Assembly (NCBI GenBank): GCA_007116145.1
Contig: SKJB01000019.1
Location: 10,868 to 74,867, forward strand
Direction: 5' to 3'
From: Limnochordia bacterium
GTDB taxonomy: Bacteria; Bacillota; Limnochordia; Darwinibacteriales; DTU012
Length of the DNA: 64,000 bases
Numbering within the stretch: the first letter of the stretch is position 1; every line of letters begins with the position of its first letter. The notes beneath the pieces are model-generated. The model saw nothing but the letters and a program-made list of their open reading frames with translations, had not been told where the DNA came from and did no database searches. The position numbers and the translations under genes are program-made. Shown here piece after piece: positions 1-9,843 of this stretch.

Positions 1-865
1 GCTTAACATAGTCCTCTAAGAGATGAATCTTCTCAAACTTAGCAAGCATCTCATCGCTACAAAAACAGATACTCGTCTGATCAATTAAGAGAGAACGGCG
101 AATCCGTCGTCCACCTGATTCTGTCATTCCTCGCCAGTTTTTAAAGGAATCCTCGATCATTTTATAGGTTGGAATCGTCGTAATTGTATTATCCCAGTTA
201 CGGATTTTAATACTGTGCAACGCAACTTCGACGACATCACCATCTGCCTCATACTTAGGCATCTCCAACCAATCGCCCACACGGACCGAATCATTACTCA
301 TGAGTTGAATACTAGCAATGAAAGATAAGATGGTGTCACGAAAAACAAGCATTAGAACTGCCGTTAATGCCCCAATTCCACTAAGGAAGAACCAGGGTGA
401 TTGATCGATCAAAATGGATATCGACAATATACCTGCCACGATATATAATAACATCTTCACGATCTGCACATAGCCTTTAATGGGTCGTTTCTTAGAAATC
501 GCATAGGTGTTGTAGATAAAAAGAACACCAGTTAGGAATTTATCAACAAAAATAACAAGAATGAGATAGATCCAGACGCTGATAAATTTCTGTACCGTAT
601 CTCCAATCGACGGCAAAAACTCAACACTTTGAAATAAAATAATGGCGGGAATCAGTTGTGGAATCGGAGTAAATACACCTTGCTCATATAAAGTTTGATC
701 CCATTTTCCTTTTGTTTGGCAGAATACATAATATAAGAATCGGAGTACGAAATATTTCGTAATCAGATAGAGCGCTAACCCAAGTAGCACCAAAGCTATA
801 GCCACCAGAAATTCCTGTAGCACTGGTTGGTTAGTAATTGTGTCCCATAATTTTGTAATATCCAC
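1..865 (-). CDS. Mechanosensitive ion channel, MscS family (YbdG/YnaI-like); the C-terminal part runs off the left edge of the window
   Basis: Minus-strand translation from a GTG at 865 reads ...VRVGDWLEMPKYEADGDVVEVALHSIKIRNWDNTITTIPTYKMIEDSFKNW..., the typical MscS beta-domain signature, with TM helices before it. An RBS GGGGAGG lies 7 nt upstream of the GTG. It is absent from the ORF track, presumably because it is truncated. Confidence 0.7.
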   Translation of the reverse strand, partial: MDITKLWDTITNQPVLQEFLVAIALVLLGLALYLITKYFVLRFLYYVFCQTKGKWDQTLYEQGVFTPIPQLIPAIILFQSVEFLPSIGDTVQKFISVWIYLILVIFVDKFLTGVLFIYNTYAISKKRPIKGYVQIVKMLLYIVAGILSISILIDQSPWFFLSGIGALTAVLMLVFRDTILSFIASIQLMSNDSVRVGDWLEMPKYEADGDVVEVALHSIKIRNWDNTITTIPTYKMIEDSFKNWRGMTESGGRRIRRSLLIDQTSICFCSDEMLAKFEKIHLLEDYVK

Positions 866-867
866 GC

Positions 868-2343
868 TCAAGCCTCCCCTTTTTCGGTTGATACCATAAG
901 CAATCTCCATAAATCATCACTAAAACGTACCGCTAACATCAGTGCTCCTAACAGTAGCATTATCCCAAATAACCCTAGATCAACGAGAATCCATTGCTGC
1001 ATCTGGGAGCTCATTCTGTAGGAAATTCGCAAAACAAAAAGTGCTCCCAATCCCATGCTGATAGCAGTACTGTAAAACACATTTAGATTTTGCTTTATGG
1101 CAGCACTTGGGTTTGTCCAGTCCAGATAGGGTCGGAAGAAATCCAGTAGAATAAGGAGCAATATCAGCCCACTGACCAGCAACACACCGAAAAAGATCCC
1201 AGAAACAACACTATACCAATTCATTTGAAACATAATAGCGATCACGATTAACCCGATTCCAGTACCAATCGTATTTATGGTCAACGATGCGAAGAACCGA
1301 CTAGAGAGTAACTGCAAACTCGTAAAAGGCAAACTCGATAAATAGCAAATCGAAGATCCAGTCCGAGAAAATGTCGTCGCTGCATTTGTCGATAGAGCCA
1401 CCATAAACCAGGCATACAAAGCAGAAAAAACAATTTCCATATTAACTGTAAGTCCCTGAAACCATGGCGTCAGCAGCGGGTATGCTACACTGTGTTTTTC
1501 AGTCCAATACACCGCAAAGAGGATTATCGGGACGCTAACGTAACCCATCAACCCATGGACGGCATAAACTGGATTGCGCAAAAGCATCCTAAGTTCTACC
1601 TTTGCTAAAACCCAGACTATACTCGGCTTACAAAAAAGTAGCAATGAAACCAAGAGCACACTCAAAAGTGCGTGCAGAGAGAACAATATCGGACTAACAT
1701 GCAAATCGAAATACAAGAAAATTTCTCCTATTCCTCCGCTAAAAATAGAAATGAAATGCTCTGGATTGTTATAGGGCACCCACAACTGGACCGATGCTTG
1801 CATCAAAACTAGCACAAGAATCAATGCCAGAGCTCCCTGGTGGATATAGAGCTTGGGTATGCGAGAAACTACGTGGTGGAGACTATGTACTACGATCATC
1901 GCTAGTACGAGAGGTAATAAAGGAGCAACCAGAAAAATGGCAATACTTGGTATCAGCAACCACAAACTCGGTTGCATATAGATCCAATAATAGATTAGAC
2001 TTGGGAGGAGCAGTATTGCTTGAGGTATGTAGGAAATGGTGATAATCGTCCTACTCTTTGCTCGCAAGACAGACCAACTAGAAAAGGGTGAGTCAAAGTA
2101 TATTAGCACTAAGTATAATCCGATAAAAAAGCCAAAAATCTGTGATCCCGCGAGTGCTAGAGATAGCAGCAATTGCGGTTGGGAAAACGCAATTCCGATC
2201 TGATAGATGGTTACGGAAAATTTCCAGAGAAACAAGACAAGGGAAAGCCCTAATAAACCTGCTGTTATGCAGATTAGGGCTAATTCCCAGCGATGTCTAT
2301 CCACCAAAAGTTTTTTCATGTATACACCACCAACTTCGATCAT
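868..2343 (-). CDS. Polytopic integral membrane protein, about 12-14 TM helices, function unknown
   Basis: The 491-aa ORF is highly hydrophobic and Leu/Ile/Phe-rich with many predicted TM spans. Its stop is 3 nt from the MscS start, and it sits directly downstream of the dehydratase gene. I recognised no family motif. Confidence 0.5.
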   Translation of the reverse strand: MIEVGGVYMKKLLVDRHRWELALICITAGLLGLSLVLFLWKFSVTIYQIGIAFSQPQLLLSLALAGSQIFGFFIGLYLVLIYFDSPFSSWSVLRAKSRTIITISYIPQAILLLPSLIYYWIYMQPSLWLLIPSIAIFLVAPLLPLVLAMIVVHSLHHVVSRIPKLYIHQGALALILVLVLMQASVQLWVPYNNPEHFISIFSGGIGEIFLYFDLHVSPILFSLHALLSVLLVSLLLFCKPSIVWVLAKVELRMLLRNPVYAVHGLMGYVSVPIILFAVYWTEKHSVAYPLLTPWFQGLTVNMEIVFSALYAWFMVALSTNAATTFSRTGSSICYLSSLPFTSLQLLSSRFFASLTINTIGTGIGLIVIAIMFQMNWYSVVSGIFFGVLLVSGLILLLILLDFFRPYLDWTNPSAAIKQNLNVFYSTAISMGLGALFVLRISYRMSSQMQQWILVDLGLFGIMLLLGALMLAVRFSDDLWRLLMVSTEKGEA

Positions 2344-2346
2344 TTA

Positions 2347-4551
2347 TTAACCCGCTCGATGCTGCTCCTGGTTTAAACAAAAGATCACGTCTTTCTGATA
2401 ATTGAGATACGCTTCTTCATATACAGTTTGCGGAACCACACCGAGTGATGAAGCTGTACAACCATTCATTCGATTACTCGCTGCAATTAGGCGTTGTCGT
2501 TTATTTATGGTAGCCAACCGCTCTTCACCAAGCTCTTTTCGTCTTGGGGGAATCTGAGCAAATTCAAGCTCTAAATTACCCTTAAGCAAACTTGCTGTAT
2601 CCACAAAATCGATCCGTTTTTCCCGCAATTGTAAATACAAAATATCACCGGTTTGTAAATAGAGGATCCCACCCCGCGCCTTCGCTTCAGGATTAAGATG
2701 ACCAATCGCTGCTCCGTATGTTACCCCAGAATAACGCCCATCACTTATCACTGTAGCTACTTGCTTCAGCTGCCGGTTTCCATTAATGTATTGCATGGGC
2801 GTAAACATTTCAGGCATCCCAAAGGCCATGGGTCCTTGTCCCGCTATAACAATAGCAATCCGTAAAGCATTCGTTGCAAGCAAACCAGTGAAAACACTAT
2901 CATAATCGGCCGACTCTAAATGCAGGGCAGTCTTAGGATGATTATGACGTAAAAGAGCTAACATCGCCAACTTATCAAATTTCCGTGACTTTTGCAAGTC
3001 TTGAATGAGGTCAGGATTTAACAAAGAGCGATTCGCAGCATCCTCATTCTCAAAGTATAACACAAATGCTAACTTTTGATCAAAATGATCTAACTGAGCC
3101 GTGGGCATTCCACTAATCTTTACCACTGCATCGTCAAAAAAGTTGCCTTGTAATACATCAACGCCACTAAAAGCTCGTCGCGGTTTACTCATAATTATTG
3201 GATTTTCAACTACGCTAGTTGCTGCCAAGTTACGCTTATGTTTTAGACGGGTGCGCCAACTCGTTCCCGTAACTGTCGGAGCATCTTCGTCCATAGTCAC
3301 TCCATTGCGCAACAACTCATAATAAATCGTCTCAACACCACGAATTTGCCCTGTGCTACACTGCTCTGCTAACGCAAAGAAGTCACGCCCCTCGGTCAAA
3401 CTATAATTGAAAAGATCAGGCACGCTACATTCTTCATGAATGGCAGCAAAATCGGTTAAGCCAAACGTATATCCACCATAAAGCATAGCAGCAACAATAT
3501 GCATAGTTAAATTTGTCGATCCACCAGAGGCACTGTGGATACGTATCGCGTTTTTGATATTGGTTGCCATAATATTGGCCACACCAAACGTAGTGTTATT
3601 GATAAGGCGACCTAAGTCATCGACGGCTACATTCACCTGCTCTTGGCTAGGTGGTGCAGTTAGAAATTCCAAGGTAGGGTGCACTAAACCAAGCGCACAT
3701 ACCACCGTTCGACTACTATTACCAGTACCATTAAAGGCACAGATACCTCCATCACAATGACACGTCGCAGCAGCGATCCGTTTCTCCAAGTCCTTCTGAA
3801 CTGTGCGGTCTATTAAGCCTCGATCCACAGCTCGACTAAGCACTCCTTGAAAAGTCGTATTTGACGAACATTGTAAAATATATTCCATTGTATCTCTAAT
3901 GTCATCTGCAATATCGGATGCCCCACCACTAATTGCTTGTGCTGCAATTTTATTAAGCTCCTCCCTAACATCCTGGGGGATCACTCCACCTCTTAGCACA
4001 TGAGCTGGAGCAAAAGTAGCAAAAAATGGCGCTTCACCGCGAGATTGCCGCAATCGATCAATATGCGCCAGCGCTCCCACGAGTGCGAGAGGCTGTTTAT
4101 CACAACTCTGTAGCACAAATGCTCCATGATAGCTATGGGCCTCAATTTGATTAACAACAATCTCTGCTATGGCGTTACGACTTTGTAACGAATAGCTCAT
4201 TCCCTGTGTACTTTGGGCCGTTCCGTCGCACATCACAGGTGTGGCAAAATAAAAGGGTACTCCACCATTTTGCCAAATGCGCAAAGCTGCGCGATAGGCT
4301 GTGGATAAGTCTCGAATATGGGCCGGATGATCAGCTGAACCACCGATAATGGCTATGCGCGGATAGTTTTGGTCTAATCGTTCAACAATCTCTTTAAGAC
4401 TCCATTCTATATCGACTGGACTACTAGCTTCTCCTAGATACTTACGAGCTTCATCGAGAAAACCCGCGACACAGATTGGTTCGTTTGCTTTTCCTTGCAC
4501 TTGTAATTGATAGGGATTTACACTACTTTTAATCTTAGGGTATTCAAACAT
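2347..4551 (-). CDS. IlvD/EDD-family dehydratase (dihydroxy-acid or sugar-acid dehydratase), unusually long at 734 aa
   Basis: It carries the family motifs LQSCDKQP (CDK Cys ligand), CDGTAQ, and ISDGRYSGVTYGAAIGHLNPEAKARGG, which corresponds to TDGRFSG...IGHVSPEA. The C-terminal roughly 120 aa extend beyond typical IlvD/Edd lengths. Confidence 0.8.
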   Translation of the reverse strand: MFEYPKIKSSVNPYQLQVQGKANEPICVAGFLDEARKYLGEASSPVDIEWSLKEIVERLDQNYPRIAIIGGSADHPAHIRDLSTAYRAALRIWQNGGVPFYFATPVMCDGTAQSTQGMSYSLQSRNAIAEIVVNQIEAHSYHGAFVLQSCDKQPLALVGALAHIDRLRQSRGEAPFFATFAPAHVLRGGVIPQDVREELNKIAAQAISGGASDIADDIRDTMEYILQCSSNTTFQGVLSRAVDRGLIDRTVQKDLEKRIAAATCHCDGGICAFNGTGNSSRTVVCALGLVHPTLEFLTAPPSQEQVNVAVDDLGRLINNTTFGVANIMATNIKNAIRIHSASGGSTNLTMHIVAAMLYGGYTFGLTDFAAIHEECSVPDLFNYSLTEGRDFFALAEQCSTGQIRGVETIYYELLRNGVTMDEDAPTVTGTSWRTRLKHKRNLAATSVVENPIIMSKPRRAFSGVDVLQGNFFDDAVVKISGMPTAQLDHFDQKLAFVLYFENEDAANRSLLNPDLIQDLQKSRKFDKLAMLALLRHNHPKTALHLESADYDSVFTGLLATNALRIAIVIAGQGPMAFGMPEMFTPMQYINGNRQLKQVATVISDGRYSGVTYGAAIGHLNPEAKARGGILYLQTGDILYLQLREKRIDFVDTASLLKGNLELEFAQIPPRRKELGEERLATINKRQRLIAASNRMNGCTASSLGVVPQTVYEEAYLNYQKDVIFCLNQEQHRAG

Positions 4552-4619
4552 ACGTCACGTCCTTCAAAATTCTTCTTTGTGATTTAATTAGCAAAGCTTC
4601 TTCACTCTATTCGCCACGT

Positions 4620-5420
4620 TTAGCAAGAATCCTGTAATCCATCACCAATTAAATTAAAACCCAATACTGTCAGTGCGATAGCAAGACCTGGAAACATCAC
4701 TGTCCAAGGAGCGTGAGTCGCAAATGACTGCGCTTCACGTAACATTCGGCCCCAGCTCGGTTCGGGCGGTTGCACACCCACACCCAAGTAGCTTAAGGAG
4801 GCTTCTGCCAATATGGCGGCAGCAAAACTCACTGTTATTTGCACAATTAAAGGAGGCAAGGTATTTGGAAGTAAATGTTTACGGATAATACGCCCATCCG
4901 TAGCCCCCATAGCTCTAGCTGCTTCAATAAAAGTTGTTTGGCGCAAACTCAAGAAATTTGCACGCACAATACGCATAAAAATAGGTACATTAGCAATTGC
5001 GATAGCTACCATGGCTGTACCTTGACCAGGTCCCCATATTGTAACAGCGAGTAATGCTAATAAAAATGCAGGAAAGGAATATAACCCATCAGCTATGCGC
5101 ATAAGTATTTCATCCCAGCGACCGCCAAAATACCCCGCAATGGAACCAAGCACAACACCAAACAACATACCCGAGAAAACAGCAATTAGACCAATCGCTA
5201 AAGAGGCGCGGCCACCAGCCATAACACGGCTGAAGATGTCACGTCCATACTGATCTGTCCCGAAAAGATGTTGGGCGGAAGGCGGACTAAAACGATTGGC
5301 TATCACCATGACCGTTGGGTTATATGGTGTATACAACACGCTAATAGCTGTAGTACAAAATAGAAGAGTTATAAGTACACTGCCTAACACTAAGGGAACC
5401 CGAACTCGATTGCGTTTCAT
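4620..5420 (-). CDS. ABC transporter permease, DppC/OppC-like
   Basis: It carries the binding-protein-dependent transport signature ...AARAMGATDGRIIRKHLLPN... and has the N-terminal TM plus 5 further TM helices typical of DppC. Confidence 0.85.
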   Translation of the reverse strand: MKRNRVRVPLVLGSVLITLLFCTTAISVLYTPYNPTVMVIANRFSPPSAQHLFGTDQYGRDIFSRVMAGGRASLAIGLIAVFSGMLFGVVLGSIAGYFGGRWDEILMRIADGLYSFPAFLLALLAVTIWGPGQGTAMVAIAIANVPIFMRIVRANFLSLRQTTFIEAARAMGATDGRIIRKHLLPNTLPPLIVQITVSFAAAILAEASLSYLGVGVQPPEPSWGRMLREAQSFATHAPWTVMFPGLAIALTVLGFNLIGDGLQDSC

Positions 5421-5440
5421 ATGCCCTTATCCACCCTCCT

Positions 5441-6358
5441 TCAATCAAACTGAATACGTGGATCTAAAACCACAATGACCAGATCAAAAACTAAATTTGA
5501 AAACAGAATCAAAGCTGCACCCACCATCACTAAACCCTGCACTAAAGGGAGATCTCGCTGCAACACACCTGCTAGTAACAATTGACCTAAACCAGGCAAG
5601 CTAAATACTTGCTCTATGATAATGGTGCCCGCTAGTAATTGCGTAAGATGAATACCCGCAACGGTAAAAATATTTATTGATGCATTGCGTAATGCATGTT
5701 TATACAAGACGATAAATTCAGTCAACCCTTTACTCCGTGCTGTTCGCACATAATCTTGCTCTATGGTCTGCAACATACTCGATCGCACCATCCGCGTTAA
5801 AACTGCTGCGCGGGGTAAGGCTAAAGCAAGCCCTGGCAACACCAAACTAAATGCTCCTACATATCCACCTGGTGGAAACAACCCATAGCGCACAGCTAGT
5901 AACTGCATCAGTAAAATTCCCATCCAAAACGCGGGAATTGCCATTCCAAGTTGGGACAAGATTAGGCCAAGGTTATCGACAAGCTGCCCCTTATGAATGG
6001 CGCAGCTTATTCCTAACGGAATCGCTATTACGATCGCCACACCCACACCTAATAGTGCTAACCCTAGTGTCACTGGCAAAGCACGAATCAAGAGCGATGA
6101 AACGGGGACATTATAGCGAATGGACTCCCCAAAGTCTCCTTGCAACACACCAAACATCCACTGCCCATACCGAATCAGTGGGGGATCGGATAATCCGAGG
6201 CGATCTCGGATAACCTCTAAGGCTGCCGGATCGCCCTCTGTCCCTAGTATGAGAATTGCTGGATCACCAGGAAGAACTTGCAGAGCTAAAAACACTAAGA
6301 TGCTAATCACACAGAGTGTGGCTACAAAACTACCTAGTTTTCGGAGCAGATACTTCAT
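5441..6358 (-). CDS. ABC transporter permease, DppB/OppB-like
   Basis: The protein is 305 aa with the N-terminus MKYLLRKLGSFVATLCVISILVFLALQVLPGDPA typical of DppB, and carries the EAA-loop region ...RTARSKGLTEFIVLYKHALRNA... Confidence 0.85.
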   Translation of the reverse strand: MKYLLRKLGSFVATLCVISILVFLALQVLPGDPAILILGTEGDPAALEVIRDRLGLSDPPLIRYGQWMFGVLQGDFGESIRYNVPVSSLLIRALPVTLGLALLGVGVAIVIAIPLGISCAIHKGQLVDNLGLILSQLGMAIPAFWMGILLMQLLAVRYGLFPPGGYVGAFSLVLPGLALALPRAAVLTRMVRSSMLQTIEQDYVRTARSKGLTEFIVLYKHALRNASINIFTVAGIHLTQLLAGTIIIEQVFSLPGLGQLLLAGVLQRDLPLVQGLVMVGAALILFSNLVFDLVIVVLDPRIQFD

Positions 6359-7845
6359 CGTTCGCTGTATAAAGTAGCTACATCAATGACATAGATGGGA
6401 TAGCTATGCCAACCGTTGATTCTCTTCGTTGTAATACTTAATTGGCTCGGATCCATAATAAAGATTCCTGCTACTTCCTTTGTCATGATTTCCTGTGCTT
6501 GCTGGTAAAGCACACTTCGTTCCTCACTGGGTGCGATTACAGCCTGATTAATCAGAGCATCATAGACCTGGTTATTAAAATTAAAGAAGTTTCGTTGCGA
6601 GTCACTCTGGTAACGAGCAAGTATGGGGTGCGGATCTAGTTTCCCAGTCAGCCCAATCACAGATAATTGATAATCTCTTTGGCTGTAAACTCGCTCTAAC
6701 CACGTACCCCATTCAATAACGCGAATGCGTACATTGACACCAATCTGGCGTAATTGCTCAGCAATTATCTCTCCTGTTTGCACATGCAACCCATACGGAG
6801 CTGGTAAGTCTAGCGTTAGGTTTAAGCTAGTGTAACCTGCTTCCACCAACAGCGCTCTAGCTTGCTCTGGATCGTAGGCTAAAACCTCCGAGAGGTTAGG
6901 ATGGTAGAACTCAGACATGGCAGGACTAATTCCGCTATATATGGGATCGCCATGCCCCCAGGCCGCTCCAACAATAATTTCGTCACGATTGATAGCTAGG
7001 GCTAGAGCCTGACGCACTCGCACGTCATCTAAGGGTGGGTGTTGATTGTTCACGGTGAGTAATTGCACCAGATTCATGGGTGAACTATGCACAATCAAGT
7101 TAGAATCATTTTCCACCTGATGTAACAAGCTCGGTTCTAAACGCGGAATAATATCAATCTGACCTGTTTTCAAGCTCAAAACTGCACTATTATCATCGGG
7201 AATAATCCGAAAAAACACTTCTTCAAAGTAGGGTTGTTTACCTGACCAGTGCTCGCCAAAACGGGTAAGTTTGACAAATTGATTAGGGCGCCATTCTGCG
7301 AATTGGTATGGCCCAGTCCCAATCGGTTTGTTTCCTAGACCTGCTGCATCTTTTGGATAGACGACAACTGCCATATCTGCTAGTTCATAGATAAATGGAC
7401 TGTAAGGTTGACTTAAGATAATGGTGACCGTTGTATCCGTCGCCTTTACCTCAAGAATTTGGAGATATTCACTTGCTTTTTGCCCAATTTGGGGATCCCT
7501 TGCTCGATTCAGAGCATTAACTACATCGGTAGTGGTCACACGTTGCCCGTTATGGAAATAAGCCTCCCGTAAATGGAAAATATATTTGGTTTGCGTCTCA
7601 TCAATCTCCCAATGACTAGCTAACGCACCTTCTAAGCCCCCACTCGGTGTACTCTTAACTAATCCTTCGTAAATATTAAAGGCAATCTCCGCTGTAGCAG
7701 CAGCGACTGAACGATTTGGATCAAAACTGTCAGGATCTGTGGGTACTGCGATATTCACTACTGTTTTACTCGCACTCACCCCACTTGTCAATATAACGAA
7801 ACCAAGAACGATAATGAACACCGCTAGCCCTAATTTTTTACCCAT
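6355..7845 (-). CDS. ABC transporter substrate-binding protein, family 5 (peptide/nickel/oligosaccharide-type)
   Basis: The protein is 496 aa with a signal peptide followed by a family-5 SBP-like body. It is co-directional with the two permeases and overlaps them by 4 nt. Confidence 0.75.
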   Translation of the reverse strand: MGKKLGLAVFIIVLGFVILTSGVSASKTVVNIAVPTDPDSFDPNRSVAAATAEIAFNIYEGLVKSTPSGGLEGALASHWEIDETQTKYIFHLREAYFHNGQRVTTTDVVNALNRARDPQIGQKASEYLQILEVKATDTTVTIILSQPYSPFIYELADMAVVVYPKDAAGLGNKPIGTGPYQFAEWRPNQFVKLTRFGEHWSGKQPYFEEVFFRIIPDDNSAVLSLKTGQIDIIPRLEPSLLHQVENDSNLIVHSSPMNLVQLLTVNNQHPPLDDVRVRQALALAINRDEIIVGAAWGHGDPIYSGISPAMSEFYHPNLSEVLAYDPEQARALLVEAGYTSLNLTLDLPAPYGLHVQTGEIIAEQLRQIGVNVRIRVIEWGTWLERVYSQRDYQLSVIGLTGKLDPHPILARYQSDSQRNFFNFNNQVYDALINQAVIAPSEERSVLYQQAQEIMTKEVAGIFIMDPSQLSITTKRINGWHSYPIYVIDVATLYSER

Positions 7846-8462
7846 GATTGTTCTCCCTTCCTTCCTAGGCCATAAGCCAATATATCCAATACATCGCGAA
7901 TGAACTCCAAATGCTTTTCTGCTTCCTCCGCAGACAACCCTTGAAAGTTTTCGATCAGTTCCTTACCCACTGAATGATAAACAAAGAAAGCGGCCTCCTT
8001 CGAAAGATTGGGATTAACCTGACCATCCTCCATTGCTTGGATTAACATACGCGTAAAATCACTAGCCCTTAGCTCCTTGTTATCAATAATCTCTTGATGT
8101 AGCTTATCGTCCTTACTCTCCCAAAAATTAATCGCAATTTGATGATAAAGAGGGTACTCCACAGCAAACATATATGCTCGTTGGTAATAGCGCTGTAGGG
8201 TTGCAAAAAAATCTTGATCTTTGGCAAAAACATCTTGTAAATAGTTGCGTTTAGAGTCGTAGACACGTTTAATTATGTAGAGATACAAGTCCTGTTTGTC
8301 AGCAAAATACTGATACATGCTCCCCTTAGCAATCCCAGCATTTTGCACAATGGTACTCAAGGAGGCCCTCTCGTAAGGATATTTCGCAAATTCTTCCAGA
8401 GCTGCTTGCACCACACGATCGCGCTTTATGTCTCTTAAATTAAAAAATGTTTCTTTTGGCAT
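7830..8462 (-). CDS. TetR/AcrR-family transcriptional regulator
   Basis: The N-terminal HTH region RVVQAALEEFAKYPYERASLSTIVQNAGIAKGSMYQYFADKQDLY is a typical TetR_N. It overlaps the SBP start by 16 nt and is likely the operon's regulator. Confidence 0.85.
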   Translation of the reverse strand: MPKETFFNLRDIKRDRVVQAALEEFAKYPYERASLSTIVQNAGIAKGSMYQYFADKQDLYLYIIKRVYDSKRNYLQDVFAKDQDFFATLQRYYQRAYMFAVEYPLYHQIAINFWESKDDKLHQEIIDNKELRASDFTRMLIQAMEDGQVNPNLSKEAAFFVYHSVGKELIENFQGLSAEEAEKHLEFIRDVLDILAYGLGRKGEQSWVKN

Positions 8463-8568
8463 TCAGTTCCTCCTCTACAAATATGACCAACCAGTCACAT
8501 TTATTGTCTTCACTATACCACAGACCCATCCTTAGAAGCAAGGAAATAAATGTTAAATTTAAGCATCA

Positions 8569-9135
8569 TTACGAGAAAAACCACAACCCGAGTACAGCTG
8601 ATGCCAGGAGAGCATGAATCGGATCCGCTTTGAAACGCCGAACTGCAACGAATACTCCTAGAGCAATTAGTACACTCGGTCGATCAATAGCCGATGCATC
8701 CACCGAATTAGCGACTGCAGGTACAACGAGAATGCTTTGGCCGATATACACCGCAGCAGCTCCAATTAAACCTACTACAGCTGGTCGAATGCCCGCAAAC
8801 ACACGCTTAACTATTTGGTGTTCCCGATGCGTTTTCCAGAAGCGAGCAAGAGAATTAATAAAAATAAATGAGGGTAGTGCAATTGCCGTTGTGGCTACAA
8901 TAGAGCCAAGTATACCACCTGTGCGAAAGCCAATAAAAGTGGCCATGTTCACAGCAATTGCCCCCGGTGTCATCTCGGCAATGGCAATAATATCGATAAA
9001 CTCAGCGGAACTCAGCCATTGATGATGCGAAATCTCCTGCTGAATCAATGGAAGCATCGCGTATCCACCACCGAAGGTAAATAACCCAATCTTAAAAAAA
9101 ACCACTACCAATTGCCAATAAATCACGGTCGACAC
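8569..9135 (-). CDS. chrA: Chromate transporter (CHR family) short-chain subunit, YwrA/YwrB-type half-protein
   Basis: It carries the CHR motif FTFGGGYAMLPLIQQEI and is 188 aa, paired with a second half-gene directly upstream. Confidence 0.8.
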   Translation of the reverse strand: MSTVIYWQLVVVFFKIGLFTFGGGYAMLPLIQQEISHHQWLSSAEFIDIIAIAEMTPGAIAVNMATFIGFRTGGILGSIVATTAIALPSFIFINSLARFWKTHREHQIVKRVFAGIRPAVVGLIGAAAVYIGQSILVVPAVANSVDASAIDRPSVLIALGVFVAVRRFKADPIHALLASAVLGLWFFS

Positions 9136-9210
9136 CTCCTAGGAGCAAACGCCAAAAGTCGTCAAAGCGAGGAATAAAGCTCCCTTTTCAGCCTTCCTTG
9201 CTATGATCTA

Positions 9211-9747
9211 TCATTGTTCATCAGAGATTAAAAAACCTATGAGACCTGCAGCGACGATGATCCAGGCTGCATGAATAACTGTAAATAAGCTTAGCAAAAA
9301 AGCCACAATAGCAATACCAACATCTAAAGCTCGCCGACAACTAGCCATTGCAATGCGAATCGCTGCTGCACCCACTAGACCAACAACGGCTGCTCGGATC
9401 CCAGCAAACGCTTGCATCACATAAGGCATAGACTGTAATTGATGAAACGAGAGTGCAATGGTGACGATTACAACAATAGAGGGTGCAATCACTCCAGCAG
9501 CAGCCACCAAAGCACCAAGAGGTCCCGCTAGCTGATTACCGAGGAAAATGGCGGTATTAATGGCAATCACACCTGGTACTGATTGGGCTAAGGCATAGAT
9601 GTCGAGAATTTCATCCTTATCTGTCCACCCCTTCTTTTCAATGACCTCTCTTTCAATCAGTGGGAGCATCGCATAACCACCACCGAAGGTAAATAAACCG
9701 ATACGGAACCAGACCGCAAATAAATCCCAAAGAATTGCGTGTTTCAT
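9211..9747 (-). CDS. chrA: Chromate transporter (CHR family) short-chain subunit, the other half of the heterodimer
   Basis: It carries the CHR motif FTFGGGYAMLPLIEREV and is 178 aa, tandem with 8569..9135. Confidence 0.8.
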   Translation of the reverse strand: MKHAILWDLFAVWFRIGLFTFGGGYAMLPLIEREVIEKKGWTDKDEILDIYALAQSVPGVIAINTAIFLGNQLAGPLGALVAAAGVIAPSIVVIVTIALSFHQLQSMPYVMQAFAGIRAAVVGLVGAAAIRIAMASCRRALDVGIAIVAFLLSLFTVIHAAWIIVAAGLIGFLISDEQ

Positions 9748-9843
9748 TTCCCTTCACCTCTTGCGTACTACATAAATTCCAATACTATTTGTCCGACAAG
9801 CTTTATGGCATAGTAAAAAGCCTGGTCTATGCCAGGCTTTTTA

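Noticed and set aside
8630-9022. 130-aa plus-strand ORF antisense to the chrA half-gene; similar antisense ORFs occur at 24386..24841, 5851..6213, 32767..33066, 34395..34880, 61165..61527 and elsewhere
   Set aside because: All lie wholly within strongly supported genes on the other strand, with compositionally biased translations and no start context.
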